DNA of 52,595 nucleotides, the filler included, from Bipalium vagum (Eukaryota), in the NCBI GenBank assembly GCA_037834085.1. It is 3 parts of 3 records of this genome, joined end to end, with 100 filler letters (N's around TTAATTAATTAA, not from the genome) between each part and the next. Parts side by side here need not be neighbours in the genome. Positions count along the whole stretch, not along the records: positions 1 to 18,481 come from JBBMKC010027841.1; positions 18,582 to 36,382 come from JBBMKC010050696.1; 1 more part is not named here. One strand, written 5' to 3'. Below the pieces are notes generated by a model. That model had not been told where the DNA came from. It worked only from the letters and a program-made list of their open reading frames with translations, and searched no databases. Shown here piece after piece: positions 12,801 through 25,699 of this stretch (position 1 is its first letter; each line of letters starts with the position of its first letter). The position numbers and the translations under genes are program-made.

Positions 12801-15163
12801 TGGTATTTATTTTTTCCTCCAGTTCAATAATTATTTCAATATCAATATCTTATCTGAAACATGTTAAGTTTTTCAAAATATAGATATGAAACTTGATTTA
12901 TAAAAGCCTATTAACAAAATAAAAACATAAAACCTAATATAGTTTTAAATTACACGTGGTAACCACAGTTACCCATTAAAATAATATACTCAAAAACCAC
13001 AAAACTAAAATTTTAAAATAAAAATATTTTTCAATAAATTTTAAGGATTTTTAATCCGAATACTAACTCTAACCCTAAGCCTAACCATAATTTTAATAAC
13101 ATTTTCAGAAACTAATACTTGATTTTTATTGGTTTATTGATTTTGAAACTTAATTTTAATTGTAATTACATAACTCAACCGTAGCCTTATTTTGTGGATT
13201 GATAAAAGAAAATGTTGAGAACAATCTTTATATTTCTCAAATAACTTTTAAAACTTCTCTTTCGATTTGGATATGTATTTTTCATGTTCAAATAGAGCGC
13301 TATATTAATATTTAAACAATAAAAATAAAAGATATATGATTTTATTTTACACTAATTATGTTTATTGTTCAAAATAAACAACATTCATTTTAAAATACAA
13401 TTTATGTTGCTTTTAATATTTTTGACATAAGTGCTCATATCGTGTGGTGCTAATATTGAACAAGTTTGTAATAAAACATGTTTTGCTTGATAATATTTCA
13501 AACATCAACATTTTATATTTTGGAAGCTAAAACCTTTTAAAAATTAATTTAGCACAAAAATGTAAGATAATATTTAAATAAGACTAAGGCAACCTCGGAA
13601 GTACTGTAGGAAAATAAATATTTTTAAAATGGAACAACTTATTATATCCTATGATAGTGATATTTTATAATATAAAAGACGACATTATCAACGACAATAT
13701 TATTATATTCAAATGAAAAATATATAAAAATTTAATTTAATTCGATATAGCTGCGGCATTTTGTTTTTGTTTTAAATGATTAATTTAATCTCAAAGTAAT
13801 ATTATTTTAAGCTTCACTATTGTAACTATATATTATATTATTTAAAATTAACGAAAGTGGTCGCTATGAAGGTCGAGGTTTTTCCATAACACGTTCCGCT
13901 AAGTAAAAAAAAATCACTCTCTAAGTCTGGACTCTAAAAGAAATTGTATAACATAAGAAATATTAAATTAACCTTGACAAAAGACCTACAGTGATATCGA
14001 AGTTCAACACAAAATTTTATAAAATAATTATTTTAACATGAATTTACAGTAAATATTTATATTTTATAAATAAATAACGAAAATATTAAAAATCTTAGTG
14101 TCTGTTGTAAAATAGTAGTCAAAATTCAAAACCACCATTTCATTTTTCATTTAGTCTGCGTTCCTATTTTTAAAAATCGACAACTGAACTGTCTAAATTG
14201 TAAAACCCTTATAGTGATATTTCACTCAAATTTTACATCTCAAATTAATCACTAATTTAAAATATCCTTAATCAATAACTTAAATTAACTAACTTTCGTT
14301 CTTTCATGTGACACTATGCAATTGTATTATACAGGTTTTTATTTTATCTTTCGCTCCTAAATGACCAAGAATCCTCTGAGATTTTATGAAAATCCACTTT
14401 GAAATTACCACTCAAGGGACAACTAAACGATTAATATTGAATTTCGATTGAAAATTATTTATCTTAAGAATTCAGCAGAAAATAATATTTCTTGGAAATC
14501 GATAAAAATCAGTTGAATTGGTTGCATAATTAAATTTCTTTCTTTCTATTGTATGCATCTATATTTTTAAAATTAACCGAAAAGAAATTAGTGTAAAATA
14601 AAAGAACATTAAAAGTCGTTATTTGAAAACTAAAATTAATAAATAAATTAAATTTTAAATTATTTCTAAAATAAGTGTGGAAAATATTATGAAATTTTTA
14701 ACTAGTTATAAAATTTTACCTCAAATATTAAAAAAATCAATATTAAAAATAAAATTGCGATCACATGTAAAATAATACTTTAATTAAGTAATTAAAACTG
14801 TGCTTTAAAATCAATCCAGGGTTTCCTAAAATTCTAAATATATTTTGATATTTATTTGTCCAATATTTGTCGATTTTTTTGTAACCGAAAAAAAATGGTA
14901 AAATTATAGATTATTTTTGGTTTTCAGATGAAAGGGGATAAGATGTGTCATATATATATTACAAATTTACTTTAGCGTAATAGTGTTAAATTTCAATTAT
15001 TATATAGCCTTATATTTTGTTATATTTATCATTATTAAGAATCTAAAAATAGAATTAATACTGAATTCTTTTTAACAAATTAAATCAACTTAATTATAAA
15101 AAATGACTTAACGACAGAAAGTGATTAGAAAAAAACAAAACTACGAAAGATAAAAAAACTCAC

Positions 15164-15606
15164 CTTTCATAAGCTAAATCTTGACTAAAGTCAACCATAG
15201 TTTCCAAATAAATTACAATTGTAACATCTCAAACAATAATGTAATCATATGAAACTATTGAGACATGACGAAGCATTGTAAAAGACACGAATCGACATAT
15301 CAAAACGATTTCGATTTGAAAATTGTCAAAGTTTTAGCAATTGAGCTCAGAAAATTGAGCTGTCAACTGCGAGAGATAACTGTAGATCATTGATCTGGTC
15401 AACTACTGACATACCAATAAAGTAACCAAGCACACATACAAATTGCACCAATCACTGATGAACACACAGTCATTCAATGTGGTAACCAATGAAATTCGGT
15501 TGATGACAAAACAAACAAGCTTTGTAATGGTATTTGAGTAGAGGGAGAAATAATTCGATTTAATACAGACCAAATAATTTATACTCATTGATTTATTAAG
15601 ATTATT
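15164..15606 (-). other. Candidate 5'UTR + first coding exon of an unidentified gene
   Basis: Acceptor ctaattttag before 15606, a consensus donor AAG|GTGAGT at 15164/15163, and ATG at 15198 giving MVDFSQDLAYE(R/S) with an in-frame stop upstream. Downstream exons not resolved. Confidence 0.3.
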
Positions 15607-17639
15607 CTAAAATTAGAATTAATCAATACCCGTCAACATATATTTTTTTCCATAATACCAATAATCAATTTTCTTACTGAAGTAATAAAAAACATTTTAC
15701 TGGTTTTTATATTAAAAAAGTCACTGATAAGTTTACCCAGGCCACTGACTGATAAGTTAGCTGCAATTACTCTAAATAAGTGTAAAATCATTAGTAATTC
15801 ATAATTTTCTTAAATGTTAACAATGCAAAATATCGTTAAAACTAAATTCAACAATTTTTTTCTATCAATTATTGATAAAATAGATATTTTTCGAGAAATT
15901 ATTATTTTAAGTTTTGTGTACTAAATTATCGAAATTTTAATAAACAAGTTAAACAAAACTCTTATTTGTTTTAATGTTTTAGTTTCAATATCGTGACATT
16001 AGTTTCATTAAAAAAAATTCGAGTGAAACATTAATTCTGTATTTCTTTTTTATTATAAAGGAAAGAGAATTTCTGGATCTATTTTGAACATTTGTGAATT
16101 TATTTTTAAAATTATTTTAAAAAATTTATTAAATTTTAATTTTTTAATTTATTTAATTTTTTAATTTATTTAATTTTTTAAAAGTTGTAAATTTTATCCT
16201 TACAGTGAAGTTTGCTATTTTGTATAAGCTGGTAGCTATATTTAAGAATACTTGAGTATTTTTCAGACCTTGACTGTTGTTTTTGAGGTTAATTTGCTAA
16301 GATCTTAATGTATTATATGGATCAACAGAAAATCAATAGTGAAAAATTAAAATCAATTTTCAATGAATGTATTTTCTAGAAAAGAAATTGTTAACAGAAA
16401 TTTATAAATAAGCATTTTATACAAAGAGATCAGAGAGTGGGTAAAAGTGCACATGAATTAATAATTACATTAATAAATTAGAGAAATGTGAATAATACCT
16501 TATAAAATATGTCAATAATAATTATGATAATGATAATAATAACAATAATAATATTTATATTAAAAAGTAATAATAATAATGTTAATAATAATTATTATGA
16601 TGATGATAATAATACTATAAATACAAGTAGAAATTTTTTTCTTACAAAGAAATAAGCCTATACGTATTAAAGAATATTGTTGGGTTGGACAATAGCACAT
16701 TCATTTAGCCATTTGAATTATAAGACCGCTAAAGGATCTAGAATAATTAAATTTTATTTAAAAGACTACCAAAATTTCAGAAATAATAATATAATAATAA
16801 TAATAATACAAGTGTAATTAAAAATGCAAAAGTTAATTATAATTATACTAAAATTAATAAAATAATAATTTTTTATCAATGTTGGCTTAATCTTGACAAT
16901 GTCGAGTTGCCAAGATTATATCAGATTCCGAAATTAGGGACCGATTTAGCATTAAATGCATACAAAAAATTGACATTCCAAATTAGGAATATTGGTTTAT
17001 GATAGAGTAGTCGTCTGATCAGTATAAAGGCACTGGATTCCTCTGTAGGCTGTCACAAAGTTTTCAGGAATTTTTTTGTTAAGTTAGAAGAAAAATTGAT
17101 TGTTTCAGAAAACGAAATTTGAATGGAACCATTTGCGTCAGAAGAAAGGAAGAAAAATTTTTGGGGAATTCATTTAGTTATGCCTATTGTTATGCAATAG
17201 GACCCTGTGGTGTTATGACTTTTTTGAGAGTACTGGTTCGGGCTAATCTAACCACCAAATGACTCATCGTATTCAAAAGTGATTAGAGTTGATATAGTTG
17301 GTATTATTTCTTTACTATTAATTTTTGATTAATCTAATTTGATTTGATTTTTATTTTATTTTAACAATTTTTTGACAATTTAATCTGATTTTATTCGATT
17401 TGATCTTAACGATTTTTTGTATATTTATTGATTGCATTTGATTTCATTATATTTAAATTTTTATTGATTGTTGGTAACTTTGTAATTTGAGATTAATTTA
17501 TTGTGCAAACATTCATACTTGAATCTTTGTGTTTTTAAAATAAAGTTTTATTGTGGTAGTTTAGATTCAATTATTTTTCAATACTTTATTGATATAAATG
17601 GAAGGTTGAGCAAACTAACCAGGTTTATTAATTTTAACA

Positions 17640-18420
17640 AAAATATTTAAAAATAATGTTGTTTATCTGAATTGCAGTTTAAGCGCTATTTATTCTGATG
17701 TTGATTTTGGAAAAAAATTTTGTTTAATTTTCAATCTTACATTTTTGATCAAGACATTTCAGTCTGGAAAACCCATTTGGGGGAAGCCTTGCATTTTGTC
17801 TTTAATTTGAAGAAAAGTTCTGATAATGCACATCAATTGACTGTAGATGATTATTTCAACCATGTCTTATTCAAAAGAATAAGTTGAGAATGGTTTCAAG
17901 GATTCAAAACCAGTAATTTTTATATGAATGATAAAAACCATGAAAGACCACAAACAAATTGAAGAACTACAAGTGTTATTGGACGAAGAAAATATTAAAC
18001 AGTTCGCTGCATCACTGAGTGTAACGGTAAAAGTGATTTCAAGCCGATATATGATATGGGAAACATTAAGAAGAAAGGAAAGTAGTTAACTTGTGAATTA
18101 ACTGGAAGAAAAGATACTGAAACTAGGAGAAATTTTTACAGATTTTTTGTTATGAAAATCAAGGAATGAATTTAAATTAGGAACTTACAACAGAATGAGC
18201 AGAATCCGCAATCAGACATATGAAAGTGATATTACTATGTAACAACATCTGTCCTCGTGTTGATAAAATTGTGAAAGACAAATTAAAAGATCAGAATTGG
18301 AATTATTACCTCACCGTATTTACCAGAATAAGTCTGTGGATACTACGATCAATTGCAAAAACCTCGACAACAGCGACAGTATCCAAGACAAGTGATCTTA
18401 ACGGTAATAAACAATAACCT
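17640..18420 (+). mobile_element. Deleted, degenerate mariner transposase
   Basis: IEELQVLLDEE..FAASLSVTVKVISSR..MGNIKKKGK*LTCELT and KVILLCNNICPRVDKIVKDKLKDQNW (the HDNARPH region). Confidence 0.75.
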
Positions 18421-18481
18421 TGTGATCGTGATCATCCATAAACTTTATTTAACTATTGTGATTATCATCCTTCGTCTGTGT

Positions 18482-18581
18482 NNNNNNNNNNNNNNNNNNN
18501 NNNNNNNNNNNNNNNNNNNNNNNNNTTAATTAATTAANNNNNNNNNNNNNNNNNNNNNNNNNNNNNNNNNNNNNNNNNNNN
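18482..18581. other. Artificial contig spacer (44 N + TTAATTAATTAA + 44 N)
   Basis: Exactly 100 nt with a six-frame-stop palindrome at the centre; identical to 36383-36482. Confidence 0.95.
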
Positions 18582-18802
18582 TTATAATAAAATTTTGTCA
18601 GTGGCTATAATTTTATTTCCACCCTATTATTTATATTTTTTAACCTAAAAGTAATTTTTGATAACAATAATTAGATTTTAGCGATTAATATTTATTGTTA
18701 TGAACGTATACTAAACGTACAAAAAAATTTAGTAAATTTTATTCAGTTGTTAGGAAAATAATTAGGTTTTGGGTGGTGGCTTTAATTTTATTTCCACCAG
18801 TG
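18582..18802. mobile_element. Terminal IR/DR-type end of a Tc1-like element
   Basis: gtggct(a/t)taattttatttccacc is repeated at 18601 and 18776; the outer copy ends ...cagtg followed by TA (18803-18804). Confidence 0.65.
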
Positions 18803-18859
18803 TAGGCATGAAAAATGTTCTATGAGATGTCTTTGTTGGCTTTTTCTATGGTAAAATAC

Positions 18860-19240
18860 ATTCACACTAGCTGAATGATATATAAAAACTCAGTGCCGTC
18901 TCATCCTCTGTTATAATTTTATTCAAGGGTATGAGATGAGACTCCAACATGTTCTGTACATTCTTCTTGCTTTGATTTACTCTAATAAACAGTAATTTAT
19001 AGATAATCTCTCTTTTTCTTGAAATATTTTTAAAAATTTCTCTTCTGCAATTTTGGTGGTTATCCACTTCTTTCGTCATCAAACAAATTGTTCCTGCCAG
19101 AAGAAAATGCTCTGATCAAATTATGCATAGTAGCAATGTCAGGAGCTTAATTTCCATATTCTTCATGTACCTCAAAAAATAATATCCCTTTCTTTTGTCT
19201 TCTACAAAAACAAAAACGAATAGCTTTTTATGATAGAATA
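18860..19240 (-). mobile_element. mariner 5' fragment
   Basis: HEEYGN*APDIATMHNLIRAFSSGRNNLFDDERSG*P (HTH region) and KIITEDET (first catalytic D). Confidence 0.7.
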
Positions 19241-19847
19241 TTTTCTCTTAAAAATAACTTTGTTAAAATGTAAATTTTTTTATTTTCTTATTTTAAAAGT
19301 ATAATAATTCATTTACACAATTTTTAATAAAAGTGATTATTCTTTTGCGCATTTGTCAGCATGTATAAAGAAATATTGTAGTTTTCCTTCAAATCAATAT
19401 TATTCCAAAAAAGTATTACCACCTTCACATTTTAATTGTTTATTAAAATAATATAAAACGAGAAAATGTTAAAAGATCTTAACTTTTAAAAAATTGAAAA
19501 GATAAATAAAATTTTTAAAAATCACTTTGTATACCTCAAAATATCAAGATTTATCAACCACGAAGGATAAACTTGATATGAAAGGAAAAAAATTTGGCCG
19601 TTAAAATCATTCGATAATCACAGAATCCAATTTAATGAAATGCAAATACCCATCCAAATTGTCTCTCAATTTCAATTTGAGATGGCTTTGTTCGAATAAT
19701 ATTTATCTTTTTCTCCAAATATCTTATGGAAAAATCATTACGAAGAAGATATAATATTTTAATAATTATAATAAATTATCATTTTTTAAAAATAAATAAG
19801 ATTTTCATTATCAGTCTCCAGTATTATGATATAATTCTCATTAAGTA

Positions 19848-21182
19848 CAGGGTGAGCGCTGGAGGACTGAAAATAACTTTTCGTAAAACAAATTTATATT
19901 TAATCCAAATAGTTTATTTGAAAGATCCAAGCTTAGAATTTAAGTTTTTCTAAGTCCGGAAAAAAATGTCTTTTAAATGACCACTATTTTCTTGCTCATA
20001 AAGAATTGCTCTTTTTAGGGTATTTTCCATCACTGCATCCAATATTTCCGGGTCCAAGAGACATATCTCACTTCGGATATTTTCTTTTAGCTGTTGAATT
20101 GTTTGAGGATTATTTATATAAACCTTCTCTTTCAGGTACCCCCATAAAAATAGTCAATAGTCCGGCAAAGTCAAATCTGGTGTTCACGGAGGCCATGAAA
20201 ATTCAGCATTTTTAGAAATCAAACTTTCACCAAAGACTTCATGCAGAATATTAATTGTTTGAGCGGCAGTGTGTGCAGGAGCAACATCTTGTTGAAACCA
20301 AATTTCTTCGTTGTCTTCAACTACCGGACGTAGAAAATTTCCAATCATTGTCCTGTAGGCAGCACCAGTAATTATTTCTGGTAATTATTTCATTTTCGAA
20401 AAAATAAGGTCAAATTTTTCTGTCAGACATCAAACGATGCATTTTCGAGAATGCAGTGGATGCATAGTCCAAAGGATTGACTGAGCCGTAAAACTTCAAA
20501 TTTTATTTATTGAAAATTCCGTTCAGATAAAAATGGGCTTCATCGCTTCATTATCAGATTGTTCAAAAAGGTGGCATTTTCTTGCTAACTTCTGAAAACG
20601 AATAGCGTAATTCAAACGAACAGCATTGTCTGATGGGAGAAGAACTTGAGCTGATTGAGTTTTATAGGGGAACATTTTCAAGACCTTTTTCAAAATTGTT
20701 CGAAGTGTAATTCTACCAATACCAACCTGAGTAGACCGATGACATGTAGAAGTTGTTGGATGTTCTTGAACGCTTTGCCGCACAGATTCAACCATCAATT
20801 CAGTACGCAAAGTTTTCCCTGGATCCATCTTCTGCAACAGATCCAGTTTCTTTAAATGGTTTAATTAAATTTTTAATCATGTTGTCACTGAGAGCTTCTT
20901 TAACATTGAAGTGTCTTCGGTAGTTTCTCTGCATTTGAATGATTGATTTTCTATTTGAGTAGAAAAATTTAACAATTTTCAATTTATTATTATTGTTATA
21001 TTTGAACATTTTAATTCCAAATACTGAAATATTGATTACTTTAACAAATAGCTCTAACAACAGCTTTGTATTATAAACTCCAATAAATGTATATTCATAA
21101 AAACTCAAATAAAATTTAATATCAAAACTTTTGTAAAAGTTATTTTAGATTAAAATCTTTCAGTTTGCCAGCGCCCACCCTG
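19848..21182 (-). mobile_element. Full-length inactive DD41D (rosa/Visitor) Tc1/mariner element, 1335 bp
   Basis: TA on both flanks; TIRs cagggtgagcgctggaggactgaaa / cagggtgggcgctggcaaactgaaa; transposase MFKYNNNNKLKIVKFFYS..FKETGSV..WFQQDVAPAH..WPP*TPDLTLPD with 41 residues between the last two Asp; frameshifts and stops present. Confidence 0.92.
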
Positions 21183-21184
21183 TA

Positions 21185-21300
21185 TCAGGTTGTCGATTTA
21201 AAAATGTCGGTTTTTAAAAAAAGATTATTTTTATTATAAAAACAATAGGATATATTAAAAAACTACTCCATCGCGTTTGGCAGATGTTGTATTAAAGAAT
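21185..21300 (-). mobile_element. mariner terminal fragment abutting the DD41D element
   Basis: TIR-like tcaggttgtcgatttaaaaatgtcggttt begins immediately after the TA at 21183-21184; HLPNAME* resembles the mariner C-terminal LP.RW motif. Confidence 0.5.
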
Positions 21301-21554
21301 GGTAATAGTATATCACAAAAGTTTGAAGACATTTTGTAATTAATAAATAAAACTTTAATTATTTTTAGTGTTCTAGAAAGTTGTGACTTGACCGTTTTAA
21401 CAATTTTTAAATTCGATATTCTAAAATATTAATTTGTTAAATTTTATTAGTCACCTTATCTTTTTTAAAGTAGGAATGTATTGTACATTAAAAATTTTGT
21501 TTGAGATATTTTTTCTGGCAGATCTAGGTGTTTTAGAAATTTTTGACGAGCAGT

Positions 21555-22040
21555 ATATAAATCCAATATATAATCTCCACAAAAATCAATGACCTGTCCC
21601 AAACGTTCACGTAAAGAATAAATGCCCCTCTAAGAAGAAATCGGCCTGTCGCGACTGAAAGAAATAGGAAACCCAAATTTTGATCTCGTTGCAGTTTTTA
21701 AATTTCTTTCCAGCCAGAACATTCTGCATGGATCGGAACAAATAGTAGTCAGATGGTTCAATGTCCGGGATGAGGAAGAATTTGTCACTTCAATTCCTAA
21801 ATTTTCTTCTGAGAGACTTTCGCAATGTTTGGCCTGACGTTATTGTAGAGGATTCTTATCACCTTTGTATTAGCTTCCGGGATACTCTGCGCTTGGTTCA
21901 CTTGACTTAATTGTTGTGAGTACAAATCCGCATTAATCGTTTGACTCCTCCAGCACCTCAAAATAGACCAGTACCTAGTCTTGGCCTGGACTTAACCCCT
22001 GCCACTTTCTGGTATTGTTTTCATAAAATATCCATTTAAA
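21555..22040 (-). mobile_element. mariner transposase 3' half, degenerate
   Basis: KWIFYEN..LPHPGH..PSDYYLFRSMQNVLAGKKFKNCNEIKIWVSYFFQSRQADFF..GIYSLRER.GQVIDFCGDYI. Confidence 0.88.
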
Positions 22041-22088
22041 GACCTTTCACGTGCGCAAGGACTGCTCTGACTACTAAGCTACATCCCC
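22041..22088 (-). repeat. Truncated tRNA-Ala-derived element (SINE-like head)
   Basis: Minus strand ggggatgtagcttagtagtcagagcagtccttgcgcacgtgaaaggtc; same family as 32023-32093. Confidence 0.65.
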
Positions 22089-22240
22089 CGACTAATTGTC
22101 AATCTATCTCACATTTACCATGCAAACTTTAACTAATTAATTTGTTTACAAAAATATTTCAATCATGATTATTATTTATTCAATGAACGTGGATGTTAAA
22201 AATATAAAAAGAAATTTTAGTAAATAAAATACTAAAATAC

Positions 22241-22476
22241 CTTCATTACAGAAATATCCTTCAAAATTTGTAAAATCACAATTACATGATATATTTGGCC
22301 AGTTACTTTCACAATAAGCATTATTTTTACATGGAGACCCGTGCTGTAATATTCTCATACAATTCGTTTCATTCTCCAAAGCGTTGAAGCATCCTTTAAC
22401 AAGGTTATTTTGAGGCTTTGATTCAACTGATTTTAGGCTTCTTTGTAAATCAAAAACTTCGTTGTTCAAGATCACT
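22241..22476 (-). CDS. Nrx-1: Alpha-neurexin-like exon: end of LNS3 + EGF2
   Basis: ttttatag|A acceptor and G|GTATTT donor; VILNNEVFDLQ..SPCKNNAYCESNWPNISCNCDFTNFEGYFCNE matches neurexin EGF2 ([32 protein letters not shown]); phase fits the 26915 donor. Confidence 0.85.
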
Positions 22477-22899
22477 CTATAAAACAAATAAAGATGCTTT
22501 CTAATTGACAAAGCCATTAAGTCTATATTCATTATTATTAATGAGATTTAATCTTGGCTATTTACCATTTCCCTTCGGTGAAATATTATTACGAGTAATT
22601 TCCAAATATGTTTTAATATAATTTATATCGCTAGGAGTCATTTAGTTATATTATTTGAAAAACGCGATTAAATATGAATACAGCGGTGGATATTCGTTGA
22701 AGCGCGTTGAGTGCTCTCGAAATCAGAAAGACAAATAAAACAATTTTATTAATTTTATAATAATATAATATAATAATAATAATATGTTTATAATAATAAT
22801 ATAAACATACATGTCGTTCATTACAATAATTTGAATTACAATAAAAACTATATTATTAGATGAGTTAATATTTATATTTTTCATACTCCTTTAAGCGCA

Positions 22900-23560
22900 C
22901 TGGAATAGTTACCATTTTATCTGATTTTAATATTTTGTTGACCCTCCATTACTTTGAAATACATCTAAAAATCGATTTTTCATTCATTCACCAGGTTATT
23001 TTATTGTTTCAACACCAATTTCTATCCAACAAGACGTAATCTTACGTTTCAACTCAAAAAATTAGAAAGTTTAGAAATTAATATACCCAAAAGGTTCTCT
23101 ATTGGGCTGCAATTCGGACTGCAGGCCGCCCAGTTGGGTAATGGAATAGATCTTTCTGAAAATTATTGCTTTATTCCATGTGATGCATTTCAAGGATGAA
23201 ATACGAAATTTACTTCAGAATTGTTATTCAAAAGTAATATTAAAATATCATTTAATAATGTAATATAATATTTTGACTTCATACGAACTGATTGAAAAGA
23301 GATAGGAAGTTTCTCACTAAAAGTGAAGACTGACGAAACCATAACACTTTCACCGCCATAATTTCTTTTCAAAAAATAACCTTTTTATTCAACTTTTGTC
23401 AATAACAGTTGAAACAGTCTGGGCTACCTAAGTTCTTTTTTGCCACAGAAAAGATGACATTTTCCCACTCATCTTCTCATAACATGCACTTTCGAGCAAA
23501 GTCAAAGCGTTTCTGTTTAAGTGTGACGGTCAATTGTGGTTTTTATTTATGTTTTGGATA
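22900..23560 (-). mobile_element. Degenerate Tc1/Tc3-like (DD34E) transposase
   Basis: KRNYGGESVMVSSVFTFSEKLPISFQSVRMKSKYYITLL and WAACSPNCSPIENLLG. Confidence 0.85.
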
Positions 23561-24449
23561 GTTTGCATTTGAATTGTTATTTAAGTACGAGCCATTCTCC
23601 TTTATTTACATTATAATTTGAAAAATGTATTTAATTGTGATACGTTTAAACAAATGTCTATTTCAAAATAAAATTATTAACACATAAATAATAAAGAATC
23701 AGTCCATGTTTATTAAATGTAATGTAAAAAGGCATTACAATTTTCTATTTTTCAATTTACGTGCCTTTACTAATCTGCACTTAAAAGAAATCCACAACTG
23801 TATACTCTATAGAATCTTTTTTTATAATCCTCCATTAAATTTTCCAAATATTAATATAAAAATAATAGTAATGATAATATTATTATTTTTATAAAAATGA
23901 CATAGACCTAATATTTGCAATAATGATAATTATATACAATAATGTAGGGCTGAGTATAGATCTGACAAAGCTCAATAAAATATAGAGAAAAAACAATTAA
24001 ATCGTTATGGGAAATCACAAAATAAATTTTCAAAATATTTCTTTTCTGAAAATTATTTTTAATATTAATTAAAGAGCACAACCATCGTAAATATTATTTT
24101 CAGAACTCATAAAATTTTAATTCTTCAAAATCCATTTAAAAATAACCTTTCCAATGCTTCATAATATTATAATTATTAATAATTTACAGATAAATTAAAT
24201 ATATATAAAATTAATTTATTGTAAATAATTTTGAAATTAAATTTTGAAACATTGTTATATGGAAATTGATGCTCTGGTAATTTTTACACTCAATTAAGTA
24301 TAAAATATATTTGAAAACAAAATATTTTTTCTGTATTGATTTTTGTTAATTTTAAGTGTGAATACAAAATGTGAATTGTTGAAAATGTTGTAGATTGTAT
24401 AGATTGTATAAAACTGTGGGACCATCGAATAAAGGTCTTAAAAACAAAT

Positions 24450-25330
24450 ATTCTCAATAAACAGGAGAACGTAAATTGAACGAAATTTCTTCTAAGTTTT
24501 TCTCAAAAGATAAAATAATGGCAGAATCAACTAGCTTTTTACAGTTTTCATTATTTTCTAATCTCAGAGCCATGTGGATTACAGTCTCGCTAAGTTTTTT
24601 TTCGTTATATAGTCCATTGTACGAAGTCCTTCTTTTTATTTGGTTCTTGAAATGTTTCCTCATGTTCTTTGAAACGTGACATGAAGCCGAATTTAGTTGA
24701 AAAACCGCTTAATCTTTGTCATTCACTGTTCTTAGTTCAGACTCCAGTAAAATATATTTCCAGGAGAAAATATTTGCGCTTTTGATAATTCATCATGCCT
24801 TCGACTAGCACAAAAGATCCGGTATCCTTATAAGGAAAAAGTTCCAAAACATCTACTTTAACTTGTGTTTAGCTTTTTGATCAATATGGGTTGTAATATT
24901 TTCTGTATCATTTTTCCTATTTAGATCTCTGTTCGAGTACCAAAATATGGTTTTCATCACAGATCAACACGTTTCTTCAATCTTCAACAGTTCAACTCAT
25001 ATTTTTTTAACCCAAATATATTCTTTTTTCAACATGATAGAGATCAATAATTGTTATTTTCTGAGATTTAATTGTTCTTCTTCTACCTTTCATAAATTAT
25101 TTTGGTATGGTGATGTGGCGAACAATAACTCCAGTGTATGCTAAGTCTTACTGAAGTACTTGTTTTGTTTTTCTGGGATGTAATTTATTTTTTCTTGTTC
25201 AACTAAATCGTCTATGTTCTTTTTGTTTAAAAATCTTGCTTGTAAGTCATAAATTCACTCCAAATTGATTGCCTATAGATCTTTGAGTCATTCATGTGCG
25301 CTTCTCGGAAGAAATATCCATCTTCTAATA
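24450..25330 (-). mobile_element. Probable MULE/Mutator-like transposase relic
   Basis: SCHVSKNMRKH followed by LENNENCKKLVDSAIILSF resembles the MULE CxFH..Q..WRK / ALAFLP region; weak. Confidence 0.35.
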
Positions 25331-25699
25331 TAGGAAAACAAAAATTATAACAGTCTAGATACAGCCTTGATAAAACACTTTATATATAACAATAATTCTT
25401 AAACATTTACCAAAAGTAACAAGTCTTAAACTTGAAATACGCTGTTGCTCACTAAATGTCAGAATTGTATAAAAAGATGACTGCTACTTTTGAAATACCT
25501 GAAAAGACATTAAAACGTGTAAAAATTATTGTGTTCATATTAATTAACACAATACTGTACATTTAATAGAAAAGATGCCCGAGGATTAATAGAACTGTCT
25601 AAAACTTAAAACTATTAACTATATAAAGTATTCAAGCCCAAATACATTATCAATGAAACAAAAAATATTTTTTGGTCCTTTATAACGACATCATATAAT

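Noticed and set aside
13062-13090. Telomere-like ctaaccctaa tract (also ~6706-6728)
   Set aside because: Only one perfect hexamer among degenerate units; not an interstitial telomeric array.
18526-18537. TTAATTAATTAA palindrome as a biological motif (also at 36427-36438)
   Set aside because: Centred in exactly 44+44 N both times; it is an assembly spacer.
22681-22700. 5.8S rRNA-like agcggtggat
   Set aside because: Only about 10 matching bases, with no further rRNA similarity.
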